Shown here: positions 45,469 through 55,471 of the stretch, piece after piece
Numbering within the stretch: the stretch's first letter is position 1
How the letters are laid out: each line of letters begins with the position of its first letter
Assembly: GCA_900542005.1 (NCBI GenBank)
Contig: UQLW01000011.1
Coordinates: forward strand, 6,099-70,098
Length of the DNA stretch: 64,000 nt
Direction of reading: 5' to 3'
Origin: an uncultured Eubacteriales bacterium
GTDB lineage: Bacteria; Bacillota; Clostridia; Christensenellales; UMGS416
The notes under the pieces: generated by a model
What the model was told of the DNA's origin: nothing
The model's database searches: none
What the model saw: the letters and a program-made list of their open reading frames with translations, nothing else
Translations under genes and position numbers: made by a program

Positions 45469-46878
45469 ATGACCACCCTTGACTTTTCGCAGCAGCAGCG
45501 GCAATGGGCCTTTATCGAGGCGCTGCGGGACCGGTATGCCGGCGCTGCGGCGCGGTACTATATCAAGACCTACGGCTGCCAGATGAACGAGCACGACTCC
45601 GAAGCGCTGGCGGGTATGTTGAACGAAATGGGCCTATTGCCCACCGACGAGGTGGAAGAAGCCCAGGTGGTCGTCATCAATACCTGCTGCGTGCGGGAGC
45701 ATGCGGAGGTGAAGGTTCACGGCAATGTGGGCGCGCTGCGCTTTTTGAAGGAGGCCAACCCGGAGCTGATGATCTGCGTATGCGGATGCATGATGCAGCA
45801 GGAGCCGGTGGCCAGGGCTTTGGCAGCCAAATACCCCTTTATTGATTTAATATTCGGCACTCATCGGGTGCACTGCTTCCCGGAGCTGCTGGCCCGGGCC
45901 ACGCAGAGCGCCCATACGGTGATGGATATTGCCGACAGCGAAGGCGTGATCGTGGAGCATATGCCGGCCGCCCGGGTAGAGGGCTGCACCGCCTGGGTAA
46001 CGATTATGTATGGCTGCGACAACTACTGCGCCTACTGCATTGTGCCCTATGTGCGGGGCCGGGAGCGCAGCCGCGACAGCGCCGAGATCCTTTCGGAGAT
46101 CCGGCAGCTGGTGGACCAGGGGGTCAAGGAAGTCACCCTGCTGGGGCAGAATGTGAACAGCTACGGCCGTACGCTGGAGAAGCCGGTAACCTTTGCCGGG
46201 CTGCTGAAGCAGATCCACGCGATCGAGGGCCTGGAGCGGATCCGTTTTATGACGAGCCACCCCAAGGATCTCTCCGACGAGCTGATCGAGGCCTTTGGCA
46301 GCTTGCCGAAGCTGTGCCACCATCTGCATCTGCCGGTGCAATCCGGCGATGATGAGATCCTCCGGCGCATGAACCGGCGCTATAGCGCGGCGCAGTATCT
46401 GGAGCTGGTGGGGCGCCTGAGGGCGGCCTGCCCGGATATCGCCCTGACGACGGATCTGATCGTTGGATTCCCCGGCGAGACGCGGGAGCAGTTTGAGCAC
46501 ACGCTGGAGCTGGTGCGCCAGGCAGGGTATGATGGGGCCTTCAGCTTCAAATATTCGCCGCGCCAGGGGACGCCGGCGGCCATGATGGCCGGCCAGGTGC
46601 CGGACGAGGAAAAAAAGGCGCGCCTGGCGGAGCTGAACCGCGTGCTGGAGCAGACGGGACAGCCGCTGCATGAAGCCTATCTGGGGCGCGAGGTGGAGGT
46701 GCTGGTGGAGCGGGTCAACGACCGGCGGCCCGATCAGCTGACCGGCAAAACCTCAACGGCCAAAACGGTAAATTTTGCTGGCCCCGCCCAATGGGTCGGG
46801 CAGCTTGTCAAGGTTAAAATAACAAAGATTAAAGCGCACACCCTCTTTGGCGAGGCTGTGGACGAAAGGAAAGGATAA
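45469..46878 (+). CDS. miaB: tRNA-2-methylthio-N6-dimethylallyladenosine synthase (radical SAM methylthiotransferase)
   Basis: 469 aa. The N-terminal UPF0004 Cys triad, the radical-SAM CDNYCAYC motif and a C-terminal TRAM domain. Confidence 0.93.
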   Translation: MTTLDFSQQQRQWAFIEALRDRYAGAAARYYIKTYGCQMNEHDSEALAGMLNEMGLLPTDEVEEAQVVVINTCCVREHAEVKVHGNVGALRFLKEANPELMICVCGCMMQQEPVARALAAKYPFIDLIFGTHRVHCFPELLARATQSAHTVMDIADSEGVIVEHMPAARVEGCTAWVTIMYGCDNYCAYCIVPYVRGRERSRDSAEILSEIRQLVDQGVKEVTLLGQNVNSYGRTLEKPVTFAGLLKQIHAIEGLERIRFMTSHPKDLSDELIEAFGSLPKLCHHLHLPVQSGDDEILRRMNRRYSAAQYLELVGRLRAACPDIALTTDLIVGFPGETREQFEHTLELVRQAGYDGAFSFKYSPRQGTPAAMMAGQVPDEEKKARLAELNRVLEQTGQPLHEAYLGREVEVLVERVNDRRPDQLTGKTSTAKTVNFAGPAQWVGQLVKVKITKIKAHTLFGEAVDERKG

Positions 46879-46882
46879 AAAA

Positions 46883-47293
46883 ATGAACGTACTGGAGAAA
46901 ACCCGCGAGCTGGGCGAGGCTCTTTACAATTCACCGGAGTATCAGGCCGTCAAGGAGGCCCAGGCGGTGATGGAGGCCGACGAAACGGCTTCCCACATCC
47001 TCAAGGAGCTTTCCGAGCTGGAGGCGGATATCCGGCTGACCATGGAAAAGCCGGAGATGAGCGAGCTCTTCCTCAAGAGCAAGATGGACCGCTACCAGAA
47101 GCTGCAGAAGACGGCCGGCGAGAATCCGCTGATCCAGCAGTACCAGGAGGCGGGCAACACCTTCCAGCAGCTGATGGGCCAGGTGAATTCCATTATCAGC
47201 TATTTTCTGACCGGAGAAACCCCCGACGAAGCGGGCGGCTGCGATGGAAACTGCGCCGGGGGCTGCGCAGGCTGCACGGGCTGCAGCCACTAG
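46883..47293 (+). CDS. YlbF/YmcA (RicA/RicF) family protein with a Cys-rich C-terminal tail
   Basis: 136 aa from MNVLEKTRELGEALYNSPEYQ. Conserved position between miaB and mutS, as for B. subtilis ymcA. Tail GGCDGNCAGGCAGCTGCSH. Confidence 0.8.
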   Translation: MNVLEKTRELGEALYNSPEYQAVKEAQAVMEADETASHILKELSELEADIRLTMEKPEMSELFLKSKMDRYQKLQKTAGENPLIQQYQEAGNTFQQLMGQVNSIISYFLTGETPDEAGGCDGNCAGGCAGCTGCSH

Positions 47294-47320
47294 GACCCCA
47301 AGCGGGAGAGAGAGGATAGG

Positions 47321-49957
47321 GTGAACGAAAAAAGCAAGCTGTCGCCCATGATGCAGCAGTATATGGCGATGAAAGAGCAGTACAAGGATACGCTGCTCTT
47401 TTTCCGCTTGGGCGATTTCTATGAAATGTTTTTTGACGACGCCATCCTGGTGAGCAGGGAGCTGGAGCTGACGCTGACCGGCCGCGACTGCGGCATGCAG
47501 GAGCGGGCGCCCATGTGCGGCGTGCCCTTCCATGCGGTGGACGTATATGTGAACCGGCTGCTGGAAAAGGGCTACAAGGTGGCAATCTGCGAGCAGCTGA
47601 CCGATCCCGCATTATCCAAGGGGCTGGTGGATCGCGACGTGGTGCGGATCATTACGCCCGGCACGGTGATCGAGTCCTCCATACTGGATGAAAAAAGCAA
47701 TAACTACCTGCTGGCGCTGTATCAACAGGGCACGCAGGTGGGCCTGGCCTATGTGGATGTGTCCACCGGCCAGTTTGAGCTCTCCAGCGTATCGGTAGCC
47801 GACGGGGCGCAGCCGCTTCTGGACGAGCTGGTTCGGTTGGCTCCCACGGAGGTATTGGTCAACGAGGCCATGGGCCGGTTCTTTAAGAGCCACGACGTGC
47901 TGCAAAAGGTGCTGGCCTATCCGGTGCAGGTGGAGCAGGACGATAATTTTGAGCAGCTGCAGCTCATGCGGCAGTTCAAGGTGGAGTCCCTCTCAGAGCT
48001 GGGGCTGGATGACCGTTCAGAAGCCTGCGCCGCGGCCGGCGCGCTGCTGGAATACCTGGCGGAGACCCAGAAGAATACGCTGGATCAGATTCAGCGCCCC
48101 AAGATCCACCGGCAGAACGAGTTCATGCTGCTGGACGCCACCACAAGGCGTAACCTGGAGCTGACCGAAACCCTGCGGGGGAAAAACCGGAAGGGTTCGC
48201 TTTTATGGATCCTGGATAGGACCCATACGGCCATGGGCAGCCGGATGCTGCGGCAGTGGCTGGCGCAGCCGCTGCAGAGCCGGCTGGCCATCGAGCTGCG
48301 CCTGGATGCGGTGGAGCAGATCAGCCGCGACCTGGTGAGCAAGGACCAGGTGACCGGGCTGCTGCGCCAGATTAAGGATATGGAACGCATCGCCACACGC
48401 ATCTGCTATGAGACGGTGAACGCCCGGGATTGCGTGGCCTTGGGCAATTCCGTGTCGGTCATCCCGGCGCTGAAGCAGGCGCTGGAGGGTTATGATGCGG
48501 CGATGGTCGCCCAGATCAACCAGGATATGGATCCGCTGGAGGATGTGAGCGACCTGCTGGCCCAGGCTATTGCCGATAACCCGCCGCTGGGCGTCAAGGA
48601 CGGGGGCATCATCCGCGAGGGATATGACCCGCAGCTGGATCAGCTGCGCCATGCCGCCACCCATGGGCGGGAGATGATCGCCTCCATGGAGGCCTCTGAG
48701 CGGGAGGCAACCGGCATTAAAAACCTTAAGATCAGCTATAACCGGGTATTCGGCTTCTATATTGAGGTGACAAAATCCTACCTGGACCAGGTGCCCTACC
48801 GCTATACGCGCAAGCAGACGCTGGCCAACGCCGAGCGCTTCATTACCCAGGAGCTCAAGGAGCTGGAGGAGACGATCCTGGGCGCCGAGGAAAAATCCAT
48901 CAAGCTGGAGTATGAGCTGTTTGTCAAGATCCGCGAGGCCCTGCATGGGCAGATCGCCCGCCTTCAGCGTACCGCCCGGTGCGTGGCCCAGCTGGACTGC
49001 CTGGTTTCGCTGGCCGATACAGCGCTGGAGCACGGCTTTACCAAGCCCACCCTAAACGACGAAGGGGAGCTTGCCATCACGGATGGACGCCATCCGGTGG
49101 TAGAGGCCTCGCTGGAGACAGGGCGCTTCGTGGCCAACAATACCCAGATGGATATGGACAAGAACCGCTTTTTAATCATCACCGGCCCCAATATGGCGGG
49201 CAAAAGCACCTATCTCCGCCAGGTCGCGCTCATCACCCTGATGGCCCATATGGGAAGCTTTGTGCCGGCGCGATCGGCGAATATCCCGCTGACGGACCGC
49301 ATCTTTACCCGCATCGGCGCTACGGACGACCTCTTTATGGGCCAGAGCACCTTTATGGTGGAGATGAGTGAGGTAGCCAATATCCTCAAGCACGCGACCA
49401 GCCAATCCCTGGTGATCTTAGATGAAATCGGCCGCGGTACCAGCACCTTCGACGGCCTGAGCATTGCCTGGGCGGTAGTCGAATACCTCTGCGACCGGGA
49501 CGCGATCGGGGCCAAAACCCTCTTTGCCACCCACTATCATGAGCTTTCTCAGCTGGAGGGAAAGGTGGCGGGTGTGCGCAATTACTGCGTAGCCGTACGC
49601 GAAGCCGGGGATACGGTGGTCTTTCTGCACCGCATTGTGCGGGGCGGGGCCGACAAGAGCTTCGGCGTCCACGTGGCTCAGCTGGCTGGCCTGCCCGAGG
49701 CGGTGGTGCACCGCGCGCGGGAGATATTGGAGCGCCTGGAAGCGTCGAAATTCAACTCAAAGGCGGTGCGCAGCAGCGCCGACGAAGCGGGAAAGCGGCT
49801 GAACCGGCCGGAGGATACCCAGACGCAGCAGATGGACTTCGCCGCCCTGCTGCCCTATCACGATATCCTGGAGGAGATCAAGGCGCTGGACGTGAATCAA
49901 ATGGCGCCCATTGACGCGCTGTACCTGGTGAACCGCCTGAAGGAGAAGATGAAATAA
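47321..49957 (+). CDS. mutS: DNA mismatch repair protein MutS
   Basis: 878 aa. PMMQQY....FFRLGDFYE N-terminus, Walker A GPNMAGKST. GTG start. Confidence 0.97.
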   Translation: MNEKSKLSPMMQQYMAMKEQYKDTLLFFRLGDFYEMFFDDAILVSRELELTLTGRDCGMQERAPMCGVPFHAVDVYVNRLLEKGYKVAICEQLTDPALSKGLVDRDVVRIITPGTVIESSILDEKSNNYLLALYQQGTQVGLAYVDVSTGQFELSSVSVADGAQPLLDELVRLAPTEVLVNEAMGRFFKSHDVLQKVLAYPVQVEQDDNFEQLQLMRQFKVESLSELGLDDRSEACAAAGALLEYLAETQKNTLDQIQRPKIHRQNEFMLLDATTRRNLELTETLRGKNRKGSLLWILDRTHTAMGSRMLRQWLAQPLQSRLAIELRLDAVEQISRDLVSKDQVTGLLRQIKDMERIATRICYETVNARDCVALGNSVSVIPALKQALEGYDAAMVAQINQDMDPLEDVSDLLAQAIADNPPLGVKDGGIIREGYDPQLDQLRHAATHGREMIASMEASEREATGIKNLKISYNRVFGFYIEVTKSYLDQVPYRYTRKQTLANAERFITQELKELEETILGAEEKSIKLEYELFVKIREALHGQIARLQRTARCVAQLDCLVSLADTALEHGFTKPTLNDEGELAITDGRHPVVEASLETGRFVANNTQMDMDKNRFLIITGPNMAGKSTYLRQVALITLMAHMGSFVPARSANIPLTDRIFTRIGATDDLFMGQSTFMVEMSEVANILKHATSQSLVILDEIGRGTSTFDGLSIAWAVVEYLCDRDAIGAKTLFATHYHELSQLEGKVAGVRNYCVAVREAGDTVVFLHRIVRGGADKSFGVHVAQLAGLPEAVVHRAREILERLEASKFNSKAVRSSADEAGKRLNRPEDTQTQQMDFAALLPYHDILEEIKALDVNQMAPIDALYLVNRLKEKMK

Positions 49958-51966
49958 TGGTTCAGGAGAACGCCCGCATCCATGTATTGGCCGATGAGGT
50001 GGCCCGCCAGATTGCGGCGGGCGAGGTGGTAGAGCGCCCCAGCGCCGTAGTGAAGGAGCTGGTGGAAAACGCGCTGGACGCGGGAAGCACGCTCATCACC
50101 GTGGAGATCCAGGACGGCGGCAAAAAGGGGATCCGCGTAAGCGACAACGGCTGCGGCATTGCCCGGGAGGACGTGCCCCTGGCCTTTCAGCGTCATGCGA
50201 CCAGCAAAATCGCCACGCTGGAGGATCTATATCATATCAGCCATATGGGCTTCCGGGGTGAGGCGCTGTATTCGATTGCCGCTGTATCGCGGGTGGAGCT
50301 GACAACCAAGCGGCGCGGGGATGAAGCGGGGCTGCGGGTGACCAATGAGGGTGGCCAGCTGGGCGAAATAACCGACGCCGGCTGCCCGGACGGCACGACC
50401 CTATGGGTGCGGGACCTGTTTTATAATACCCCGGCCCGACTGAAGTTCCTGCGCTCAGCCCAGTCGGAGGCCGGTGCGGTGGGCAGCGTGATGAGCCGGC
50501 TGATCCTGGCCAATCCGTCGGTTTCTTTCCGGTTTATCTCCCATGGCAAGACGGTTTACCATTCCCAGGGGGACGGCAGCCTGCGCAACGCCGTCTATTC
50601 GGTGCTGGGTAAGGAGATTGCCTCCCACATGGTGACGGTGCAGGGAGAGGAAGGCGGGATCCGCGTGGAGGGCTGCGTTGGAGAGCCCGTGGTCAGCCGG
50701 GGCAACCGTACCTATGAGATGCTGTATGTCAATGGCAGGCCGGTCAACCACCCCATGGTCTCCAAGGCGGTGGAGAACGCCTACGGCACCACGCTGATGT
50801 CGCAGAAATTCCCCGTATTCGTACTGAACCTGTCCATGCCCTACGAGTGGGTGGACGTGAACGTGCATCCCAACAAGCTGCAGGTGCGCTTTGCCCAGGA
50901 CCAGCAGGTGTTTTACGCCGTGCAGTCCTGTGTGCGGCGGGCCTTGAGCGGCGTGGAGCAGAAGCCCACGGTGATGCAGTTTAAGGCGGCGGTTATCCCC
51001 TGCGAGCCGGAGCAGAGGGACAAGCCCGCCCAGGATGCGCCTGAAAGGCAGAAGACGCCGGTTTCCCCGGCAGGGTTGCCACAGCCCGAAGGGGCAGCGC
51101 CGCTGGCCCAGAGCTCCCCAAGCAGCCCGTCGCATCCCCAAGGGGCAGCGGCGCTGGCCCAGAAGCCCCAAAGCAGCCCGCCGCAGCCAAGGGAGAAGCC
51201 GCTGCCGCCGCCAGCATCCATGCAGCAGGCTGTGCGGGAATACCGCTCCCAGGTGATCGGAGAGAACCAGGAGGCCTTCGCCTATACCCGGCTGCTGCAG
51301 AAGGCCGAACCCAAGCCCACGCTGGCCAGCGAGCAGGCGCTGCCCTGGAAGGAGCCACAGCAGGAGCAAACCCAGGTGGAGAGCCTGCGGCTGCCGGAGG
51401 GCACGCTCCGGGGCGTAGTTTTCCATACCTATGCCATCATTGAGGCGGGGGATGAGCTATACTTTGTGGATCAGCATGCGGCCCATGAGCGGCTTTTATA
51501 CGACCAGTATATGCAGGCCCTTGAGACGGGGGAGAGCTTCTCCCAGCAGCTGCTGGTGCCTCAGATGCTGGAGGTGACCTATTACCAGAAGACAGCCATC
51601 GAGGAAAATATGGAGCTCTTCGCCCAGCTGGGCTTTGAGCTGGAGCCCTTTGGGCGCAACAGCTACCAGATCCGCGCGGTGCCGCACTTCCTGGGCCAGG
51701 CCCAGCAGAGCGGGTTCTTCCTGGAGGTTCTGGATATGCTCCACAGCCAAACGGGCAACACCCGGGACGAACGGCAGCGCGCGATCATGCAGATGTCCTG
51801 CAAGGGCGCAGTAAAAGGGGGCGAGCCGCTTTCCCAGCAGGAGATGGACCGGCTGCTGGAGGTGCTTCGCCGGGAGGATACGCCGCTTTCCTGCCCCCAT
51901 GGCCGCCCCATCTGCATGAAGCTGACCCGGCGGGAGCTGGAAAAGCAGTTCAAGAGGATCGTATGA
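49957..51966 (+). CDS. mutL: DNA mismatch repair protein MutL
   Basis: 669 aa. IAAGEVVERPSAVVKELVENALDAG GHKL ATPase N-terminus. C-terminal dimerisation domain. Pro/Gln/Ala-rich linker. Confidence 0.96.
   Translation: MVQENARIHVLADEVARQIAAGEVVERPSAVVKELVENALDAGSTLITVEIQDGGKKGIRVSDNGCGIAREDVPLAFQRHATSKIATLEDLYHISHMGFRGEALYSIAAVSRVELTTKRRGDEAGLRVTNEGGQLGEITDAGCPDGTTLWVRDLFYNTPARLKFLRSAQSEAGAVGSVMSRLILANPSVSFRFISHGKTVYHSQGDGSLRNAVYSVLGKEIASHMVTVQGEEGGIRVEGCVGEPVVSRGNRTYEMLYVNGRPVNHPMVSKAVENAYGTTLMSQKFPVFVLNLSMPYEWVDVNVHPNKLQVRFAQDQQVFYAVQSCVRRALSGVEQKPTVMQFKAAVIPCEPEQRDKPAQDAPERQKTPVSPAGLPQPEGAAPLAQSSPSSPSHPQGAAALAQKPQSSPPQPREKPLPPPASMQQAVREYRSQVIGENQEAFAYTRLLQKAEPKPTLASEQALPWKEPQQEQTQVESLRLPEGTLRGVVFHTYAIIEAGDELYFVDQHAAHERLLYDQYMQALETGESFSQQLLVPQMLEVTYYQKTAIEENMELFAQLGFELEPFGRNSYQIRAVPHFLGQAQQSGFFLEVLDMLHSQTGNTRDERQRAIMQMSCKGAVKGGEPLSQQEMDRLLEVLRREDTPLSCPHGRPICMKLTRRELEKQFKRIV
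51085..51186 (+). repeat. Imperfect 51-nt tandem duplication inside the MutL linker
   Basis: Two adjacent 51-nt units with about 8 mismatches by eye, encoding PEGAAPLAQSSPSSPSH / PQGAAALAQKPQSSPPQ. Confidence 0.7.
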
Positions 51967-52931
51967 TGGGGACGAGATTGATCTGCATCGTAGGCCCTAC
52001 CGCCTCCGGCAAGAGCGCCCTGGCTGTCGCGCTGGCCCGCACGCTGGATGGCGAGGTGATCTCAGCGGATTCCATGCAGGTATATCGCGGCATGGATATC
52101 GGCACGGCGAAGATCACCAGGCAGGAGATGGGGGGCGTCGTTCATCATGGCCTGGATCTCTTGGAGCCGCAGGATCGCTATAACGCCTTCTATTTCCAGG
52201 ACTTTGCGCGCCGCAGCATCTCCGGGGTGGCGGAACGGGGGAAAACCCCGATCCTATGCGGCGGTACGGGCCTGTTTGTCCACAGCGTGCTGTTTGCGAT
52301 GGCCTTCACCGAGGCGGGAGAGGATCAGGCCCTGCGGGCGCAGCTGGCCCGGGAAGCCAGGGAAAGGGGGCCGGAAGCCCTGCATCAGCGGCTGCAGGCG
52401 GTCGATCCCGCCAGCGCAGCGCGTATCCATCCCAACAACGTGAAACGGGTAATCCGGGCCCTGGAGGTGTATGCGCTGACGGGTAAGCCGATGAGCAGCT
52501 TTGATGAAGGGGCTTTCGCTGAGCCTGAACCCCTCTACCGGCCGCTGCTGTGGCTGGGTTTGGAGCTTCCCCGGGAGGAGCTGATTCGGCGCATCGACAG
52601 GCGGGTGGACGCCATGATAGCGGCTGGCCTGGAGCAGGAAGCCCGGCGGCTGTGGGAGCAGGGGCTTCGGCCCGAGACGCACACGGCCCTGCAGGGGATC
52701 GGCTATAAGCAATTCGCGCCCTATTTTGCAGGAGAGGCGACGCTGGAGCAGGCCGTGGAGCGGATCAAGATTGAGACACGGCAATTTGCCAAGCGGCAGA
52801 TGAGCTGGTTCAAGCGGGAAAAGCGGATTCGCTGGCTGGACGCTTCCCAGGATATCCGCGAGCTGGCATCCCAGGCGCTGGTATTGTGGGAAGAAGAGCG
52901 GAAGAAGATGGAATGGATGGGAGAAAGATGA
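51963..52931 (+). CDS. miaA: tRNA dimethylallyltransferase
   Basis: 322 aa. IVGPTASGKSALAV P-loop, SADSMQVYRGMDIGTAK. ATGA overlap with mutL. Confidence 0.95.
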   Translation: MMGTRLICIVGPTASGKSALAVALARTLDGEVISADSMQVYRGMDIGTAKITRQEMGGVVHHGLDLLEPQDRYNAFYFQDFARRSISGVAERGKTPILCGGTGLFVHSVLFAMAFTEAGEDQALRAQLAREARERGPEALHQRLQAVDPASAARIHPNNVKRVIRALEVYALTGKPMSSFDEGAFAEPEPLYRPLLWLGLELPREELIRRIDRRVDAMIAAGLEQEARRLWEQGLRPETHTALQGIGYKQFAPYFAGEATLEQAVERIKIETRQFAKRQMSWFKREKRIRWLDASQDIRELASQALVLWEEERKKMEWMGER

Positions 52932-54190
52932 TCAATCATTTGACCGGCATCGCGCCGGAGGCGATTTTGGAAGTGCAGCGGGCAGAGCAGGCATTGATCC
53001 ATGGGGGCGTATTCGCCCGCATGGAGGAGACGGCCCTGACAAACCAGATGAAGGTGATGGAAGCGCTGCAGGAGAACCGGGTGGAAATGCGCCATTTTGC
53101 TTCCAGCACGGGATACGGGTATGACGACATTGGGCGGGATACGCTGGATCGCGTCTATGCCCGGGCCTTTGGGGCGGAGGCGGCCTTGGTGCGCCCGCAG
53201 ATGATCAACGGCACCCATGCGCTGGCACTGGCGCTTTATGGTGTGCTGCGCCCGGGCGATGTGATTTTGAGCGTGACGGGCAAGCCCTACGATACCCTGG
53301 AGGAGGTGATCGGCCTCTCGGGCGAAGCGGATCAGGGCTCGCTGAAGGATTTTGGCATCCGCTATGAGCAGCTGGAGCTGGGCGATGGCGGCGCTATCGA
53401 CCTGAAGGGGCTTGAGGCGAGGCTGGAGGCCGGCCCCGTGCGCATGGTTTACCTGCAGCGGTCCAAGGGATATGACTGGCGGCCCACCATGAGCATGGAG
53501 CAGCTGTCCCAGGTGACGGAGCTTGTACACCGGGTTCAGCCGAAGGCCCTGGTGATGGTGGACAATTGCTACGGCGAATTCGTGGAGGACAGGGAGCCCA
53601 CTGAGGTTGGGGCCAATCTGATGGCCGGCTCGCTGATTAAAAATCCGGGGGGCGGCCTGGCGCCAACCGGCGGATATGTGGCCGGCGACGAAGCGCTGAT
53701 TGCCAAGGTCGCATGCCGCCTGACCACGCCGGGCATCGGGGCCGAGGCAGGCTCCTATGCCGGCGGGTATCAGTACCTTTTCCAGGGCTTCTTCCTGGCG
53801 CCCCATGTGGTGCTGCAGAGCCTGAAAACAGCGGCGCTGATGGCCTATGTGCTCAAGGCCCGGGGATATGATACGATCCCCGCCTGGGATGAACCCAGGT
53901 ATGACATTATCCAGGCGGTGCGGCTGGGGGCGAAGGAAAACCTGGAAGCCTTCTGCCGTGCAATCCAGGCGGCTTCGCCGGTGGACGGCCATGTGGTGCC
54001 GGAGCCCTGGCCGATGCCTGGATATCAGCACGACGTGATTATGGCGGCGGGCACCTTTGTGCAGGGCGCGTCCATTGAGCTTTCAGCCGACGGCCCGATC
54101 AAGCCGCCCTATATCGGTTATATGCAGGGCGCGCTGACCTACGAACATGGCAAACTGGCCGTGATGCGGGTGTTGACCGCGCTGAAATAG
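52928..54190 (+). CDS. YnbB/aluminium-resistance-type PLP-dependent (Cys/Met metabolism) family protein
   Basis: 420 aa from MINHLTGIAPE. STGYGYDDIGRD and GSLIKNPGGGLAPTGGY are characteristic of this family. ATGA overlap with miaA. Confidence 0.8.
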   Translation: MINHLTGIAPEAILEVQRAEQALIHGGVFARMEETALTNQMKVMEALQENRVEMRHFASSTGYGYDDIGRDTLDRVYARAFGAEAALVRPQMINGTHALALALYGVLRPGDVILSVTGKPYDTLEEVIGLSGEADQGSLKDFGIRYEQLELGDGGAIDLKGLEARLEAGPVRMVYLQRSKGYDWRPTMSMEQLSQVTELVHRVQPKALVMVDNCYGEFVEDREPTEVGANLMAGSLIKNPGGGLAPTGGYVAGDEALIAKVACRLTTPGIGAEAGSYAGGYQYLFQGFFLAPHVVLQSLKTAALMAYVLKARGYDTIPAWDEPRYDIIQAVRLGAKENLEAFCRAIQAASPVDGHVVPEPWPMPGYQHDVIMAAGTFVQGASIELSADGPIKPPYIGYMQGALTYEHGKLAVMRVLTALK

Positions 54191-54211
54191 AGCTGAAAAG
54201 CGGACAAAAAG

Positions 54212-54248
54212 AAAGGCTCCTTCAATCATGCCGATTGAAGGAGCCTTT
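54212..54248. terminator. Bidirectional rho-independent terminator
   Basis: AAAGGCTCCTTCAATC-ATGCC-GATTGAAGGAGCCTTT. Strong T-run on the minus strand. Confidence 0.85.
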
Positions 54249-54260
54249 TGCCTTGCAGCC

Positions 54261-54503
54261 TTATCCTAACCGCTCCAGGATCTGCTGCTGAAAGAATTCG
54301 TCGGTCTTTTCCGGGGTGAGGGAATGCAGCTCGCCGTCCACCGTGGTACATACGCCTTCCTGGCAGTGTCCGGTGCAGAAGGTAGCGGCCAGGTCGACCT
54401 TGTCCTGCAGCTGATGCTCAGCGATGAGGGCCTGAAGCCGTTCAACAATTTTCTGGGAACCTCTTAGGTGGCAGGAGCTGCCAATGCATACGGTAACTTT
54501 CAT
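54261..54503 (-). CDS. Thioredoxin-like [2Fe-2S] ferredoxin (NuoE/HndA-type fold)
   Basis: 80 aa from MKVTVCIGSSCHLRGS. Cys pattern C-x4-C ... C-x3-C. Start chosen at the internal ATG with GGAAGAGG upstream. Confidence 0.7.
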   Translation of the reverse strand: MKVTVCIGSSCHLRGSQKIVERLQALIAEHQLQDKVDLAATFCTGHCQEGVCTTVDGELHSLTPEKTDEFFQQQILERLG

Positions 54504-54534
54504 TTTGATGACCTCTTCCACGATTGCCATGCAA

Positions 54535-55173
54535 TCAATTTTCGATGAGTTTGTCGTTGAGACGCTTGGCCAGCACGGCCAGGGAGCAGGCGATGTTCTC
54601 ATAGCGGACCAACACGCCCTCGGGCACGTTGAGATGGACGGGAGCGAAATTCCAGATGGCGAGGATCCCGCTTTCCACCATTTGATCGCACACCTGCTGG
54701 GCGGCGTCAGCGGGGACGGTTATGATGCCGATACGGATTTTCATCCGCTGGCAAAGATCCCTCATCCTGTCGAAGGATAATACAGGCTTGCCTGCAATCC
54801 TTGTGCCGATTAAGGATGCGTCCACATCAAAGGCGGCGACAAGCTCCAATCCATATTCTGAAAAACCACCGTAGGAAAACAGCGCGCGGCCCAGATTTCC
54901 GGCGCCGGCTACAATCGCGCTGCGGGTATCGTTGTAGCCCATGAATTCTTCAATATCGGCGATCAGGCGCTTTGTGACATAACCGATCTTGGGCCGGCCG
55001 CCGGAGCTGACCTGGGCGAGATCCTTCCGTACCTGGACATCATTCAATCCCAACGCCTCGGCAATGGCGGTGGCCGAGATGTTCTCGGAGCCGCCCTCGG
55101 GCAAAGAGCGCAGGTAGTTGAGATAGAGCGGAATACGGTGTAATGTCTGCGTCGAAATGGATTGGAGTTTCAT
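54535..55173 (-). CDS. rex: Redox-sensing transcriptional repressor Rex
   Basis: 212 aa. RIPLYLNYLRSL, ISATAIAEALGLNDVQVRKDL winged helix, and GAGNLGRAL Rossmann motif. Confidence 0.93.
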   Translation of the reverse strand: MKLQSISTQTLHRIPLYLNYLRSLPEGGSENISATAIAEALGLNDVQVRKDLAQVSSGGRPKIGYVTKRLIADIEEFMGYNDTRSAIVAGAGNLGRALFSYGGFSEYGLELVAAFDVDASLIGTRIAGKPVLSFDRMRDLCQRMKIRIGIITVPADAAQQVCDQMVESGILAIWNFAPVHLNVPEGVLVRYENIACSLAVLAKRLNDKLIEN

Positions 55174-55183
55174 GCGTTACACC

Positions 55184-55471
55184 CTATTTCGCAGCAGCCT
55201 GCTGGGCCTCGTATTTCTTGTTGCGGAAGTAGAGGCAGATATCGGTCGCAACCATGATGATATTGGGGAAATAGAACCAGAAAGCCAGATTAAAGGTATG
55301 GGAGAGGAACTTGGAGCCCAGGCCGCAGATATAGCCAAAGAAAATGAAAAGCATAAAGGGCAGGCTCTTTCCCTGGGTAGACTTGGAGCGGACCGATTTA
55401 ATGATGGAGAGGGGCCAGGATACGCCGAAGCTGATGATCATCAGGGTTTCCAGAATGCTAGCTAATTCCAT
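55184..55471 (-). CDS. Small 3-TM membrane protein, PQ-loop/SemiSWEET-like
   Basis: 95 aa with three hydrophobic helices. SFGVSWPLSIIKSVRSKSTQGKS resembles the PQ-loop motif region. Good codon bias, but no Shine-Dalgarno directly upstream. Confidence 0.5.
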   Translation of the reverse strand: MELASILETLMIISFGVSWPLSIIKSVRSKSTQGKSLPFMLFIFFGYICGLGSKFLSHTFNLAFWFYFPNIIMVATDICLYFRNKKYEAQQAAAK

